Below are positions 38,351 through 52,200 of a DNA stretch of 64,000 nucleotides, in pieces. The DNA comes from Azolla caroliniana (taxonomy: Eukaryota > Plantae > Polypodiophyta), in the NCBI GenBank assembly GCA_043228905.1, contig JBHGNT010000017.1:8122001-8186000 (forward strand), in the 5' to 3' direction. Each line of letters opens with the position of its first letter. Position 1 is the first letter of the stretch. Below the pieces are notes generated by a model. That model was not told the DNA's origin, ran no database searches, and saw nothing but the letters and a program-made list of their open reading frames with translations. The translations under genes and the position numbers were made by a program.

Positions 38351-41300
38351 ATGGCGTCGTACAAGAAGATCAAAGTCCACAATCCTGTCGTGGAGATGGA
38401 CGGTAATCTCCCTCCCTTTTGTCTTTGCTAGATCCGTGCTTTTTTTTGCCAAAGATCTGTCCTTGCTTCCCCGACCGACCTGCCCGAGACCTATGGAATA
38501 TTCTTCTGAATCTTAAAAGCTGGACCATTTCTACTATGCCTCTATGGTCTCTGATTAGCCGTCCCGTTTCTTTGGTTTTGTGTTTGTCCTTCTGTTAACA
38601 GACTATGTTTGCATCACATTTGCCCATATCTCTTTTAAAAACAGTAGATTTTGTTTTAGACCCTGGCCTGCATTACTTTATTAATTTGTTTTTCCAGAGA
38701 TTTTTGGTTGAATGAAATTACATGAAAAAATAATGCTCCTTTCGTTTGAGCTTTGGACGCTTCTATAGCTTAGAAGAAGGATCCAAACTACTGAAGAGAA
38801 CAGCATTTAAATGCCAGTTTAAGTTTAGTAAGGGCATGTTGAAGTTGTCTCATCTAAGTATATATGTTGCATACCTCAGTATGCATAGCTTCTCATAAGC
38901 TTTGCATTAGTGCACTTTGTATATTTCAAGAAATGGTGTATCAAGGAGGATATTGTAAATGTCAATTGAACTGCTATGAATGCATCTAGGATGTTCTGAT
39001 CGAGCCTAAAATGAACAGTAAGGTGAATGATTCCTTTCATTGCCAGTCGATATTTATTTTAAATTCTGATTGTCTAGGTGATGAAATGACAAGGGTTATC
39101 TGGACAATGATTAAGGATAAGGTATTTGATTTTTCAACCCTCACTTTCCTGATGTAAATGTATAACTTCTTTCAATTTATGGAATGTGAACCATGAACCC
39201 TGATCCGTTTGTGCAGCTCATCCTGCCATTTCTGGATCTGGACATTAAATACTTTGATCTAGGCCTTGAACATAGGGACTCCACTGATGATCATGTGACG
39301 ACAGAGTCAGCATTGGCTACACTAAAGTAATTTCACTATCTGTATAAGCCGCGAGTTCTATTCGAGAATTGACAATTTTTTGTCTTTGGAAGTTACAATC
39401 TTCTCTTCTCTTCTATGCTTGAATGCCACAGTTGATGCTTTAAAAAGCTTTCGCTGATTTCATTTTATCTCATGATTAATTTGTTTTTAGCAATGTGTGT
39501 CATTATATGATTTCTAGATGTGAAACAAACCTTGCCTAGAATCATATTTTTAGACAACCCTAGAATGTTCAGGTTTAAGACTTTCTGATGACTGGCCAAC
39601 ATAACCACAAATACCTATTAAAGATCGTATTCCTTGTAGTTTATACCTACAACTGATTATGAATCATGCTAGTAGCAAGCTTTCATAGTTTCTTTTCGTT
39701 TGACATTTAAAATATTATTCCAGGTTGTAATATGAGCTTTGCATTTTTCATTTCTTATTGGAAAATTTTACATTTAATGCTATTTCCTTCTATTGAGCAG
39801 GTACAATGTTGCCATCAAATGTGCCACTATTACCCCTGGTGTGTTGTAATTGCATTATCTTCATGATTAACTAGAATTAGAATGATGATCTACAAATTCT
39901 CATGTTGCTTACTACAGATGAAGCACGAGTGAAGGAATTTGGTTTGAAGTTCATGTGGAAAAGCCCAAATGGCACAATTCGTAACATCTTGAATGGTTAT
40001 CTTTATTTCTTATAATCCAATCAACTGGGACATACTATCACGCAAATTCTATTTCATAATCTCATTGACTAATTTACTTCTATTTTAGGCACTGTATTTC
40101 GTGAGCCGATAATCTGCAAAAATGTTCCAAAGCTTGTCCCAGGTAGATATTGATGTTTTTTTCAACTAGTGATATAGTTTGAATATTGTTTATAACTTTT
40201 GATTGTGTACAGGATGGACAAAGCCTATTTGCATAGGAAGGCATGCTTTTGGTGATCAATACAAGGCAACAGATACGGTCATCAAAGGGCCTGGAAAATT
40301 GAAGCTAGTTTTTGGTATAGGAGCTTCCACACTCTTGTTTCTTCTCTGAATATATGGATTTTTCGCATGCTAACTTTTTAATATATATCTATCACAGTGC
40401 CTGCAAACGAAGGTAAGACTGAAGAATTTGAAGTATATGATTTTGAAGGGGCTGGTGGAGTAGCACTGAGCATGTATAATACAGACGAGGTAATGTGGTT
40501 GGTATTACTTCTATTGCTCATTTTTTGTGATATTTATTGCTGACTTATGCTAAAATTTGCAGTCGATTAGAAGTTTTGCGGAGGCATCTATGGCTATGGC
40601 TTTGGAAAAAAAATGGCCTCTCTATTTGAGCACAAAAAATACCATCATGAAAAAATATGATGGAAGGTTGGATTGTTATCTGTATATTCTGTATTCTTGA
40701 ATTTTGGAAATTCGTATCAAGAAGATGGTTCTGTATTTTGGGTTAAAGGTTGCAAATAGTTAGAGATCCTTGAGATCTATATTAGAAAGTTGCTGCAACT
40801 GGGGATTGTGCTCTAAATTTAGAAAGTTCATTATTTTTTTAACATATTCTGCGCTTGTTTTGCAGATTCAAAGATATTTTCCAGGAGGTGTATGAGGCAA
40901 GCTGGAAATCCAAATATGAGGAAGCTGGTATATGGTGAGATTGTGTAGCTTGGTTTTCAACATCTAACAAGCAACCATCCTACCTTGGGCAGTATTTTTA
41001 TAACTCGTTATGTGACAGGTATGAGCACAGACTTATCGATGACATGGTTGCCTATGCATTGAAAAGTGAAGGTGGATATGTGTGGGCTTGCAAAAATTAT
41101 GATGGTGATGTTCAGAGTGATTTCCTTGCTCAAGGTGAATACACCTACTGTGTAAATTAGTGTTGTGGATTGGTTTAGAACTTAGCTGACATTCTTCTTT
41201 CTGACAAATAGGTTTTGGATCACTTGGTTTGATGACGTCTGTTCTTGTAAGTTTCTTTTCTGTGCTAAGTCATCATCAGGAAAAGAATAGGGTTATATAT

Positions 41301-42392
41301 CTCCAAATATCAATTTTCCAAAGATTTAATTAATAAGATTTTTGCCCAACTTAATAACAATTCACAAGTAATATTCACCAAATGTTAACTGAAATTTGTG
41401 AGATTGTAGAGGAGTAGCTCAAATTTCTATATCGTTAGGGTTTTATAACCTATATATTCGCCCAACCATTGATATTTAGGAAGTTCACGAGGTTCCTTAT
41501 TATATTGCGCCTCATTTATAAATCTTGTTCTTAAGTATAATTTATGATCTTGAGGTCTTCAACGTGATATATAGGTTGCACCTGATGGAAAGACAATTGA
41601 GGCAGAGGCTGCCCATGGTACTGTGACTCGACATTATAGGGTACACCAGAAAGGTGGAGAAACAAGCACCAATAGCATTGCTTCCATATTTGCGTGGACT
41701 CGTGGTCTTGCTCACAGGTATAGAGTGTTACATCCTTCATTGGTAGTATAATACATTTATATGCAATCTTGTAGGCAAGGTTATACTTATTCTGGATTAA
41801 TATAAATAACTGTTGTTTTTGTAGAGCAAAGCTAGATGAAAATGCGGAATTGAAGGAATTTTGTGATAAGTTGGAAGCTGCATGTGTGGGGACGGTTGAA
41901 AATGGGAAAATGACAAAGGATTTGGCACTTCTAATTCATGGTTCTAAGTAAGAGATTTGGCCTGCAAAATATTTTGATCTATCTAAAATTTGAATTCATG
42001 TAAAATATACTCACATAACTCTTTAAAAAATTGAACAATATCAGGAGCTTGAATCTTCAAATTTCCTGAGTGTTTTGAATTCTCATGTTAAAATTTATTG
42101 TTTTACCACTATACAAAGTGGAACTCTTGTTTTTTCTGTATAAATCTTATGATGCGTGAGTGAGAGTATAATGGAATTTAATAACTACAACAGAGTTTAG
42201 AAAACTTTGTTGATAATACTACTAAAATATAGATATCTTGAGGCTTGAAGAAACACTTATTTGTGACCATTCTCAACTTTTAACCAGGTGTATTGTTGCC
42301 TTCGCTGCAGGTTATCGCGGGACAAATATCTCAATACAGAAGAATTTATTGATGCTGTTGCCCAGAACTTGGTCGAGAGGCTGTCTGTGTAA
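38351..42392 (+). CDS. cICDH: NADP-dependent isocitrate dehydrogenase, cytosolic type, 15 exons, 413 aa
   Basis: GT-AG exons: 38351-38402, 39078-39121, 39217-39326, 39801-39838, 39918-39995, 40089-40142, 40213-40314, 40398-40489, 40563-40666, 40866-40934, 41019-41134, 41212-41246, 41575-41717, 41825-41947, 42311-42392 (1242 nt, in frame). Motifs [37 protein letters not shown] and [10 protein letters not shown]. No N-terminal extension and no C-terminal SKL. Confidence 0.95.
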
Positions 42393-43565
42393 TATGTTAT
42401 CATTGATATGCAGCTAAATCATCTTTTTGATGTTTGGAGTATGAGAAAAGTATGCTGAGAGAAGAAAAAAATAATGGCCATCTCATCGTTCTAGTTCTTC
42501 AGATGCTTTGAGAAGCATGGTGGACTTTACCAAGATGAATGAGCACAATAAAAGGTGTTTGCATGTGTCAAGTAGAGAAGAGTAGTTAAATATGAACATT
42601 TTATTTATTTTCAGATTACTGGCATTGATGCCACCTGATATTTTGCTTTCCGAATATCGAATCGGATCAGGATCAAACATTTCATTTGTTATATAACATG
42701 AGCAAAGTCAGTTGCTAAATGTCGGATATTGTTTCTCCCCTTTTCTTTCTATGACTGTTATTAACTTATGCCAAAAAGAATTATGGAGAGAAATTTCAAA
42801 TTTGAAGTTTTGATATGTAAGCTTGAAAAACTGTATTTTTTGAGTGACCTGCAGATTTTCAAATTCTTTGTGAGCTTTTCAAGTTTCCCGACCTAAAATT
42901 CCCATACAGCTCAGGATGGGTGTGGTAGGAAGCTTGAAGGTGTTAGAGGGTAGGATCATCAGTAAAATTGCGAAATTAACAATGTACATTCCCATTAGAA
43001 ATAACCTAAGGAGATCTCTGTGCGTGTCTCTATTGAACTGCCATGTTGTCCCTTCAATCCTAAGGTTGAGCTGCATGGTGATCCCTTTTCCTTGTACATT
43101 GTAAGTAAATTTGGCTATACCACTGTCGTCCAGTTCCCAGACCATTTCTATACAGTTCCATGACCAATTCTAACAGGTTAGAACCAAGTCCCCGTTTTGT
43201 CCTCTGACGCTTCTTTTGAGCATCCTTGCTTCTAGTCTTGACAATCTCATGTAGGAGAGTTGAAGCTCTTGTTAATTTAACTAGAAGTTTGTTAGATGCT
43301 AATGAGTCTTTGACGGGTAATGACCATTGGTTGGAGAGTTGTGTCTTGTCATGTACATTATAGGATATTCATGGTTTTATTGCGGTATTTTGTCGCATTT
43401 TTTGCTCACTAATTGATAGTGTCAATAAGTTTGTCGATTTCTTTTGTTCCATTGTGCTCGTTTTCAATGGATTGCTAGATATTGTGGCAATTGGTAACAT
43501 GGATAAAAGGAATGCTTACTTACTCATGAAAGTATATACATGGTTTTGCTTTTGTCGCATACCAA

Positions 43566-44013
43566 TAACAATCGGCAGCAGTTTAGTTCGGTTTGAGAGG
43601 GTCCAAACCGAACCGAACCGTGAAACCATTAAACCGTAAAAACTGCGGTTTCGTGGTTTAGTTTCGGTTTTCAACATAGGTCAAATTTATTATTTATTAT
43701 TATTTATTTTTTAAAATTTATAATATTTCATTATTTAGAATTTTTAGAATTTTTAAGATGTTCCTAAAATGTGAGAATAAGGTGTAAAAATGAAAAGATT
43801 GTTTAAAAACAATTTTTAGAATTTTTTAGAATTTTTTATTTATATTTTTAGAATTTTTTTAATTAAAAAAAAAAAAAAAAACTGTTAAACCGCGGTTTTT
43901 GACTGTTGAAACCAAACTTGAACCGAACCGAACCGAATTGTTGAAATTGTTAAGCCGTTAAACCGTGGTTTCGCAGTTCGGTTTAGTTCAAACCGAACCG
44001 TTGCCGATTGTTA
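43566..44013. mobile_element. hAT-type MITE
   Basis: TIRs TAACAATCGGCA / TGCCGATTGTTA, many subterminal AACCG/CGGTT repeats, an AT-rich core and a degenerate 8-bp TSD CATACCAA/CATACTAG. Confidence 0.75.
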
Positions 44014-44094
44014 CATACTAGAACAGAATTGAGGAGGGAATATCTAGTGGAGGTAGTGTAGAGATAAGGGGGGATCATATCTATGCTTCTAATA

Positions 44095-44305
44095 CCGAAA
44101 CCGAACCAAACCTTTAAAAAAAACCTAAACTTGAATCGAACCGAGCTGAACTGTTGAAACTGTTAAACCGTTAAACCACGGTTTCACAGTTCGATTCGGT
44201 TCAAACCGAACCGTTGCCGATTGTTACATACCAGAACTGAATTGAGGAGGGAATATCCAGTGGAGTTAGTGCAGAGATAAGGGGGGATCATATCTATGCT
44301 TCTAA
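44095..44305. repeat. Direct duplication of the MITE right end plus ~80 bp of flank
   Basis: ...AACCGTTGCCGATTGTTACATAC..GAATTGAGGAGGGAATATC...CTATGCTTCTAATA occurs twice, ending near 44094 and 44305. Confidence 0.8.
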
Positions 44306-44529
44306 TAGGCACTTTCTAATGACAAAACACTTCATCTTGCAATGCCAACGGACTTCTTAAATGTAGAGGCATTCAAGCACATGTGGGAGTGAGGTAAGTA
44401 GTGTATACTCCATGGGGCTATTTTGGATGGTGAAAATGTGTCGTGTTTTCCAAAATGTATGTTTATGCTATGATCCATTCATGAGCATCATGAAAAATGA
44501 GAACTGGAATGGTGTCTCATTCAATAATG

Positions 44530-44880
44530 TAAAAGTGCAATGCATATCGAAGAAGCAACCAACAATTGCTTTAAGCACAATTGAAGTTGATTAAAAAGCC
44601 ACTACACAAGCAACATGCAAAGAAATGTGGATATAGATGTTACTCAAAGACCATGTAGTGATGTTGGTCAATTTCTTTGTTATGTCATGGACAACACAAA
44701 AGTTGACTTCTCATTATACTCGTTAAAAGGTAATTGAAGGGGTTGTACATCTAAAGTATATCGAAATGGAAGATCAAAATATATAGACCCTCATAGAAGC
44801 ACTTCTGAAAGATATATTTCAAATACCAAAAAACATTAGCACAACATGATATTAGCATATGCTTGAGAGTAAATGTCGAA
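44530..44880 (+). mobile_element. Degenerate copia RNase H remnant
   Basis: SKKQPTIALSTIEVD and ATCKEMWI. Confidence 0.6.
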
Positions 44881-46319
44881 TAAAATTTTCAAATTTAAAT
44901 GTTCACTAAGTGTAAATAACAAATTAATAGATACCTTGAGATGATTCATGTCTACCTTTGCTATTGGGCATTTTTTCACTATTATGATTTCTAGAGCCGA
45001 GAGAATGAGAGAAATTATATCAGAGAAAATAATGTGAAATGTATATTTTACTTTTTATGGTGTTAAACGTTATCATCTATCTATAATTTGTCTTCTAACT
45101 ATTTAAAACATAACTAGCACAAAAATTCCAAATTAATATTAGTGATTTGGACTAGATAATCACACATGTTATTTTTATCATTTTACCATTTGAACGATTA
45201 TTCCTCAAATCTGAGTTTGAGTCATGATGTAATAAGAATATCTTGGAATGATTTCAAAATTGAAAGAAAAATGACATGAATACAGTTGAGCAAATATGCA
45301 AATGGATTTTCTTGAGAAAACACAACTTTAACATAAAAGTGATTTGATGATGTATTATGGAAATGCTTATTTTTGCATGTGAGAAAGAATAACTTTTGGG
45401 TGTGCAAGGGTATGAAGCCTAGTGGGCAAGAGATCTACTTGTATAAAGCATACATGAGATACCATGTTAAGATTGACATATTGTTTCTGCTGGTGGTGTC
45501 CATATAATATGCTCAAAATAGCAAATGGGAAATGGCATATTTGCAAGCTTTCTACCCAATATTTTGATTCCATAGAACAATTTGCTCTTTATTGAAGTTG
45601 TGCAATGTGTGTGTGGGCATTGCCTCATACTCACTATGACATCAAGGAGCTCATATTTCAAGGGTTTTTATATCTTATATGCAACTTGCAAGTGTATGCA
45701 AAAACTTTAGCCTCAAAATAATTTCATAAGATTTGATCCCCTTATCTAGGCCTTCATCGCCATGCACAAGAAACAAAATAGAAAGCTCAATAAAAGGTTA
45801 AGAAAACAAAATTGATAACTAAAAAAGGAGCATGTGAAGGGGCTCTGAAGGGAGAGTGAGGGCGGGTAAAAATTATTTCAGATATTATCATGAAACAAAA
45901 GAAAAAGAAAAAGAAAAGTAGACTTGAAAACACAATGTCAATAATGACTTTCGTAAATAGATTTGATGCGGTTTCAAATCGGCACACAATTTGTTTCTAC
46001 CTAGAAACATATGTTCGTACTTCGTTTGTCTTTCTTTTTCGTTTCTTTCATTTGCTATCATGTTTCTAGCGAGAACTTAGCACTCTTACTATTTTTGTGC
46101 AACGTTGTCTTTTTACAAGATTGTACAAATGATGGGTTCCTCTTTATCTTTGAAAGGTATGCTTGTAATGGCATTTGCTTACAAATCTTCACGTAAGATT
46201 GTTCTAATCCTTCTTTAGGGCTCCATTTGCAAGTATTAAAATTTACAACATTGTTGAGATCATAGTAGTCTTCATGATGACCAAAGCTACGGTTTTGTTT
46301 CATAGCATAAAAAAATATA

Positions 46320-46671
46320 GGGAAAAGTACCAGGATACCCCTGGAAATTCGTCTATTTACCATAATGCCCCTGGAAGTTCTAAATTTACCAAACTACCCC
46401 TATGTCCAAAAAATTACACTTTATAAAGTAATTATACACTCAAATCTTTGGCAAATAGGGCTAGTTTGGATCCATTTCTTCCATCTTTGGCAAATAGGGC
46501 TAGTTTGGATCCATTTCTTCCATCTTTGGTAAATAGGGCTTGTAGATTTTAGTGTATAATTACTTTATAAAGTGTAATTTTTTGGACATAGGGGTAGTTT
46601 GGTAAATTTGGAACTTTTAGGGGCATTCTGGTAAATAGACAAACTTCCAGGGGTATCCTAGTACTTTTCCC
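46320..46671. mobile_element. Mutator (MULE) MITE
   Basis: ~125-bp TIRs starting GGGAAAAGTAC and a perfect 9-bp TSD AAAAATATA. Confidence 0.92.
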
Positions 46672-47130
46672 AAAAATATATGAAACTTGTCATTTCAAAA
46701 GCTTGATTGTACTTGTTTGAACCATATGTTTCCTCAAAACTAGATCCTCATGAAACCTATATTACTCATATTCAAACATATTGTTCATGTAAAAGATATA
46801 GACTACCTAGCAAATTAGCAATTTTCAAATTTTGATTGGTTTTGTAGGAGGCGGCTTTTCTAAGGTCTATGAATGAATCTATATTTGAGGTACCATATTG
46901 TCCTCTATTGTCCGAGCTATAAATTAGCGGAAAAGTGTCAAAATGCCTTTCATGCTTACTTTGTATTATGCTATTTTTTAAAGGATTCCCATCCCCCTTG
47001 ACTATCTAATAATTTAAAGGGAAAAGTACCAGGACACCCCTGGAAGTTCGTCTATTTACCAAAATGTCCATGGAAGTTCCAAATTTACCAAACTACCCCT
47101 ATGTAAAAAAAAATACACTTTATAAAGTAA

Positions 47131-47443
47131 GGGAAAAGTACCATGATACCCTTGGATGTTCGTCTATTTACTAGAATGCCCTTGGAAGTTCCAAATTTAC
47201 CAAACTATCCCTATGTCCAAAAAATTACACTTTATAAAGTAATTATACACTCAAATCTTTGGTAAATAGGGCTAGTTCGGGTCCATTTCTTCCATCTTTG
47301 GTAAATAGGGCTTGTAGATTTAAGCGTATAATTACTTTATGGAGTGTAATTTTTTGGACATAGGGGTAGTTTGGTAAATTTGGAACTTCCAAGGGCATTA
47401 TGGTAAATAGACGAATTTCCAGGGGTATCCTGGTACTTTTCCC
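47131..47443. mobile_element. MULE MITE of the same family nested in the left TIR
   Basis: GGGAAAAGTACC...GGTACTTTTCCC termini and 9-bp TSD ATAAAGTAA (47122-47130, 47444-47452). Confidence 0.9.
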
Positions 47444-47494
47444 ATAAAGTAATTATACACTCAAATCTACAAGCCCTATTTACCAGAATACCCT

Positions 47495-48686
47495 TCAAAC
47501 ACAAATTTCTTTACTTAAGCAATTCTTTGGGTAAATAAGGCTTGATGTATTGAGCTCAACGCCACGTGTACAACTCTCAATGGATGGGATGGGCCCAACA
47601 CCGCGTTTTCTCCTAACATGCGAGGGACAATAGGGCCTGTTGTCACCACGAGCCTGTCTACCATCGCTTGTTGCATCGGACCTCGTGTCACCACGTGGAT
47701 CAATGCAAATGATATCAACTGGTGGGATGAAAAGGTCGGACGACAAGCCGGGCACGCCGAAAGCCACCTCATCGATGACCCACTCCTCCTCAAGTCGTGT
47801 TTTGTTATGACTCATTGCAACCTCGCCGAACCGAAACAGGGTAGCTGCTGCTGTGTATGGTTTTGGCCATGTGTATGGTTGCTGCTGCCGCAATCTCGAA
47901 CTCTGATGACAACATCTTCACTCTTCCCATGGCATACAAATTTTGCACATTACCGAGCTTTGAAATGCCTGTTGCACAAATGTATTGTTGGATAATGTAT
48001 TGTGCCGATGAGATCGCCCAAGGGGAGGGGGATTCGTAACACCAAATCAATGTGTGGGGCTTTTCTTAGTAATTGAACCAATATACAATATAAGTGTACA
48101 AAAGGATCTTAATAAGCATGAAATGGGTGCCAGTTGAAACGAAACTAATGTCAGTTTAAAATGCATGAGGGACGTCCATTAAACATGCATACAAGATCAT
48201 GGTTATAATTGATAATTGAGTCCATTGAATGTATGTTATAATTGATAATTGAGTCCGTTGAATGTATGTAAATGAAGATAATGGGGTCCTTAACCATGGA
48301 AATGATCTTGAATGAAAGGGATGGGATGAGGAGAGAACACCCAATAAGAGGCATAGATCAGAGCGGTTGGGAGCTATGCCTCGGATCGATAATATCCCTC
48401 TCGAGCTTATTGATAAGCCTCTCGGAGAAGTCAATAAACAAGTTGGCTTATTACCATGAGGATATCCAAGGAATTGCCCCAATCTCAGCCATCCCCACCT
48501 ACCTTGACCTCTTCTCATAACACCCACATTCTCAAATCTCTGTGGGGTTGGACCTTCCATTAACGAGCTTAGAGGAGTACTTAATCCACAGTAGCTTTGC
48601 ATGATTTTAAACTCTTCTTCTACTTCCCCTTCTTCTTCTAATCCAATTGCTTGCTTCTTCTTCAAGATCATCATTCGAGAAGCCAT
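47495..48686 (-). pseudogene. DUF620-family plant gene fragment (central deletion, frameshifts)
   Basis: LMEGP, RSDLCLLLGVL, SSAQYIIQQYICATG, YAMGRVKMLSSEFE and TLFRFGEVAMSHNKTRLEEEWVIDEVAFGVPGLSSDLFIPP. Confidence 0.85.
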
Positions 48687-48992
48687 GGGTTTCTGAGATT
48701 AGTATCAACACAGTTAATCGTACCCAAAAAGGCAGCTTTTCCTTGGCTAAAACAAAGATGCGAGAATCCTTTTATGGTAAGAAGGCTTGTTGACAAAGAG
48801 AGGCCCATTGAAGCTTTGGCCTTCAAGTAAAAGCTATTCCTCCTGCTGATTTGTTTTTGATTGAAAGGCAATATATGTATGTGAATGTGCATAAATCAAG
48901 AAATCTTTCATTAGCTTTGTTCTTTCTTGTCCACGAGAAAGATAAAAAAACACCCTGTCTACTTCTCACCAAGAAGAAATCAGAGACAGAGC

Positions 48993-49189
48993 CGTGGAAA
49001 ATAATTATTATTATAAGAAAAAAATAAAAAATAAAAAACAGTAATAGTTATTACTCTTAGGAATACGCTTTCCTTCATGAGAAGGAAACCGTAACCGTAA
49101 CCGTATCGGTGGTGGTTTTATAAAGCCATCGCCAATGATGTAATAGTTAGGGCATTATTATTATATAATACACGATTCTCTGTTTCCCT

Positions 49190-49229
<40 letters not shown>

Positions 49230-52200
49230 TAATAACCTACCCCCCCTTAAGTACAACCATGGGACTGATCAAACTCTAATATCTCATGAAGACCGTAATA
49301 AAGTGATACGCCAAGAAATATGACAAATTTACACTCGATATAAATGGATCACCCCACGAGAGCCACTCCCATCTAAAATGTTGTACTATAAGGAACACTT
49401 CCTGCACTTCTCTCAGTTAGGTTTTATTACACGACCAAGATATCTAGATACATTCTTATCAAATGCACTAAGTAAGGGTGGCCATTGGACAACTTAGGAT
49501 ATCATCTCACTAACTTGAGATTGAGAATGGTCGGGCTAATAGAGTCCCTAGAGAGGAAAGGCTATGTAGGTTGTGCCACATAGAGATAGAGGATGAGTAT
49601 CACTTCACATGCAAGTTACCAACTTATGCCGAGATATGAGTGGAATACCAAGACATATTAGGACCCTCTCCCACTCTCTCCAAACTATTAGATACCCCGG
49701 ATGTAGAGAGACTAGGTAGGTATATCTTAGAGCTAAAACAACATAGGGAGAATAAATTACAAAGTGTTAACCATAACCCTTTTACTATTCATCAACTTGT
49801 AACTAGTGTAATTTTTCAAGAACAAGGGGAGACGATGAATGTGGATACACTTACGCTGCTCGACCTTTCTCTTGAGGAAGCCGAAATGCAAAGAACAACC
49901 AAACGCCCTCCGATGTTGGGCTTCAAAACAAGTCGACACGGAGTAGAGAAGATTAAGAAGATAAGGGAACGTGAGCTACGTTGACTAGAAGCTATGGTTG
50001 GGGTACCTTTTACATTGGGACCACGAGCCACATCCACATCGAAACCCTTTGACCTCTCGCTTCTCTTCGAGAGACTTGGATGGAAATGAAATTAGGCCTA
50101 GTATAACATCATTTTCATTGTAGAACATGTTTGTTATTTTACTAGAACTATTTAGCTTAAAACTCTATTTTTATTTTTATTTTTTACTTTCGATGAATGG
50201 GTAAATATCCCATTTTTTGTTGTAAACCATTTGTCTCATGGGCCAATTTCGGCCTTAGAAGACATTAATATATCTTTCTCTCTCTCTCTCTCCCTTTTCT
50301 TTCTATCTCTCTTTCTTTTCTTTTCCTACATGGTATAAGAGCCAAACGATCTATAACCTATAGTCTATGCCTTTCTTAAATCACAAAACATATGCCCTTA
50401 TCATAATTTAACTTTCATGCCCATACAAAAATAATCATATTCATAGTGTCCAAGATCGTCAAGTAACGAAAGAATTTTATGTTTGCCGTGCGCTGATCCA
50501 GACAACCCTCTACAATAATGGCACAATCTATGTTGTCGTCACAACTCAACATGTGAAAATTCACGATCGAGAAATTATCGGACACAAATTATCGAATTTG
50601 GAAGGCAAGATTAGAATTACTTTTTAAATATAATAAAGTATGGGACATAATTCCAGGATTGTCGACAAAGCCTGAAAAAGGCGAAGAACTTGAAGAATAT
50701 GAAGAAAAAGACTTGTGCGCAAGAATGGGAATTCTAATGCACATAAGTGATGGCACTGGAGAAACATTTCGAAAAATGGAGACGGCTCAAGAAATGTGGA
50801 AGCACTTACAAACTATCTACGAACCGAAAAATGATGCCCAACAAGCACATACACTTCAAGTGCTTGTTAATTACAAAATGAATGACGAACAACCGGTTGG
50901 TGAATTTCTATTAATATGGCAAAAGAAATTAGATGATGTGTTAACTTCAGGATTAGAAATCCATGATAAATTACAAAAGATTCTCCTTCTTGGTGCTCTT
51001 CCTCACTTGTGGTCCACTTTTAGAACCACCCAAAACTCTATAAATTGTCAAACTCTAATTGATATTCTTGCAAATATTAGACAGGAAGAAACAATGTGTT
51101 CACAAAGGTCTTCAAATTCACAATCCACAAAAGCGAAGAATATTCTTTAGTCGAAATGTGATATTCCAAGAAAATGGGCGTGCTACAAAGGTTTCTTCTT
51201 CACTTTCTTCTTCACTTTCTTCTAATCTACCTCCATTATTACCTACCCCTACCCACTTACAACCATTTTCCTCAACCATCTCTAATATTAATAACTCTCA
51301 TATTGAAGGAGCCAACATTGCCTCATCCTCTACTTCCACTATTTGTGTTGCTCCTCCATCTAATCACAAGGCAAAGGCCAATCCTACTCAACCAACTAAT
51401 TCTTCTTCTAATCTTTCCTCACTCCAATCTCTAGATGATTCTCTTCCTCATACTCCTTTAAATACACATTGTTTAACTCCCTCTAACAATACAAATAATG
51501 TTATCTTCTCCACTCGCTCTCCTAATTCTTCACTCCAAGCTTCATCATCAACTTCTGCACCAACCTCTCCACCTCCAAAGTATAGATCTCTAAATAGTAT
51601 TTATGAACAACTTGATCAAATGGAAGCACATTATGTGGACTTGGACCATGAAGCTTATATAGAAGAAGAAGATCTTCCAATCCTTAGTGATGAAACCAAT
51701 CTATCGGCCAAAGATGCACTTTCCGGATCGGATTCTATCAAATGGAGAAAGGCTATGAAGAAGAAATGAAGGCTTTATTTAAAAATGGTACGTGGGCCCT
51801 CGTTGCGCCTCCAAAAGATCGTCAAATAATTGGTTCTAAATGGATCTTACGCATAAAGCAAGATAGTAATGGTAATCCAATTCGCTTCAAGGCTCCTGTT
51901 GTTGCACGAGGATTTTCTCAAGTACCAGGTATTGATTTTCAAGATACATTTTGTCCAACACTAAAAATATGTGGTTTTCAAATGCTCGTTGCTCTTGCCG
52001 CTCAACATGATCTAGAGTTACATCACTTGGATGTACAACGACTTTTCTTCATGGAGATTTAGATGAAGAACTTTATTTACATCAACCACAATTTTTTGAA
52101 GATCCAAGTCATCTGACACATGTTTGTCGACTTCGTAAATCTATTTACGGCCTTAAGCAATCTCCATGCTTATGGTATCACAAACTACACTCTTTTCTTA

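Noticed and set aside
38145-38516. 123-aa ORF with RE repeats and polyQ
   Set aside because: Artefact of GA/CAG microsatellites, out of frame with ICDH exon 1.
42311-42470. Peroxisomal or organellar ICDH isoform
   Set aside because: The C-terminus is RLSV, read-through gives no PTS1, and an in-frame stop at 38276 precludes an N-terminal extension.
42879-43145. 88-aa minus-strand ORF downstream of ICDH
   Set aside because: No recognisable domain or splice structure.
45220-45700. Possible SWIM/transposase remnant
   Set aside because: Only scattered Cys/His residues in broken frames. It cannot be supported without a profile search.
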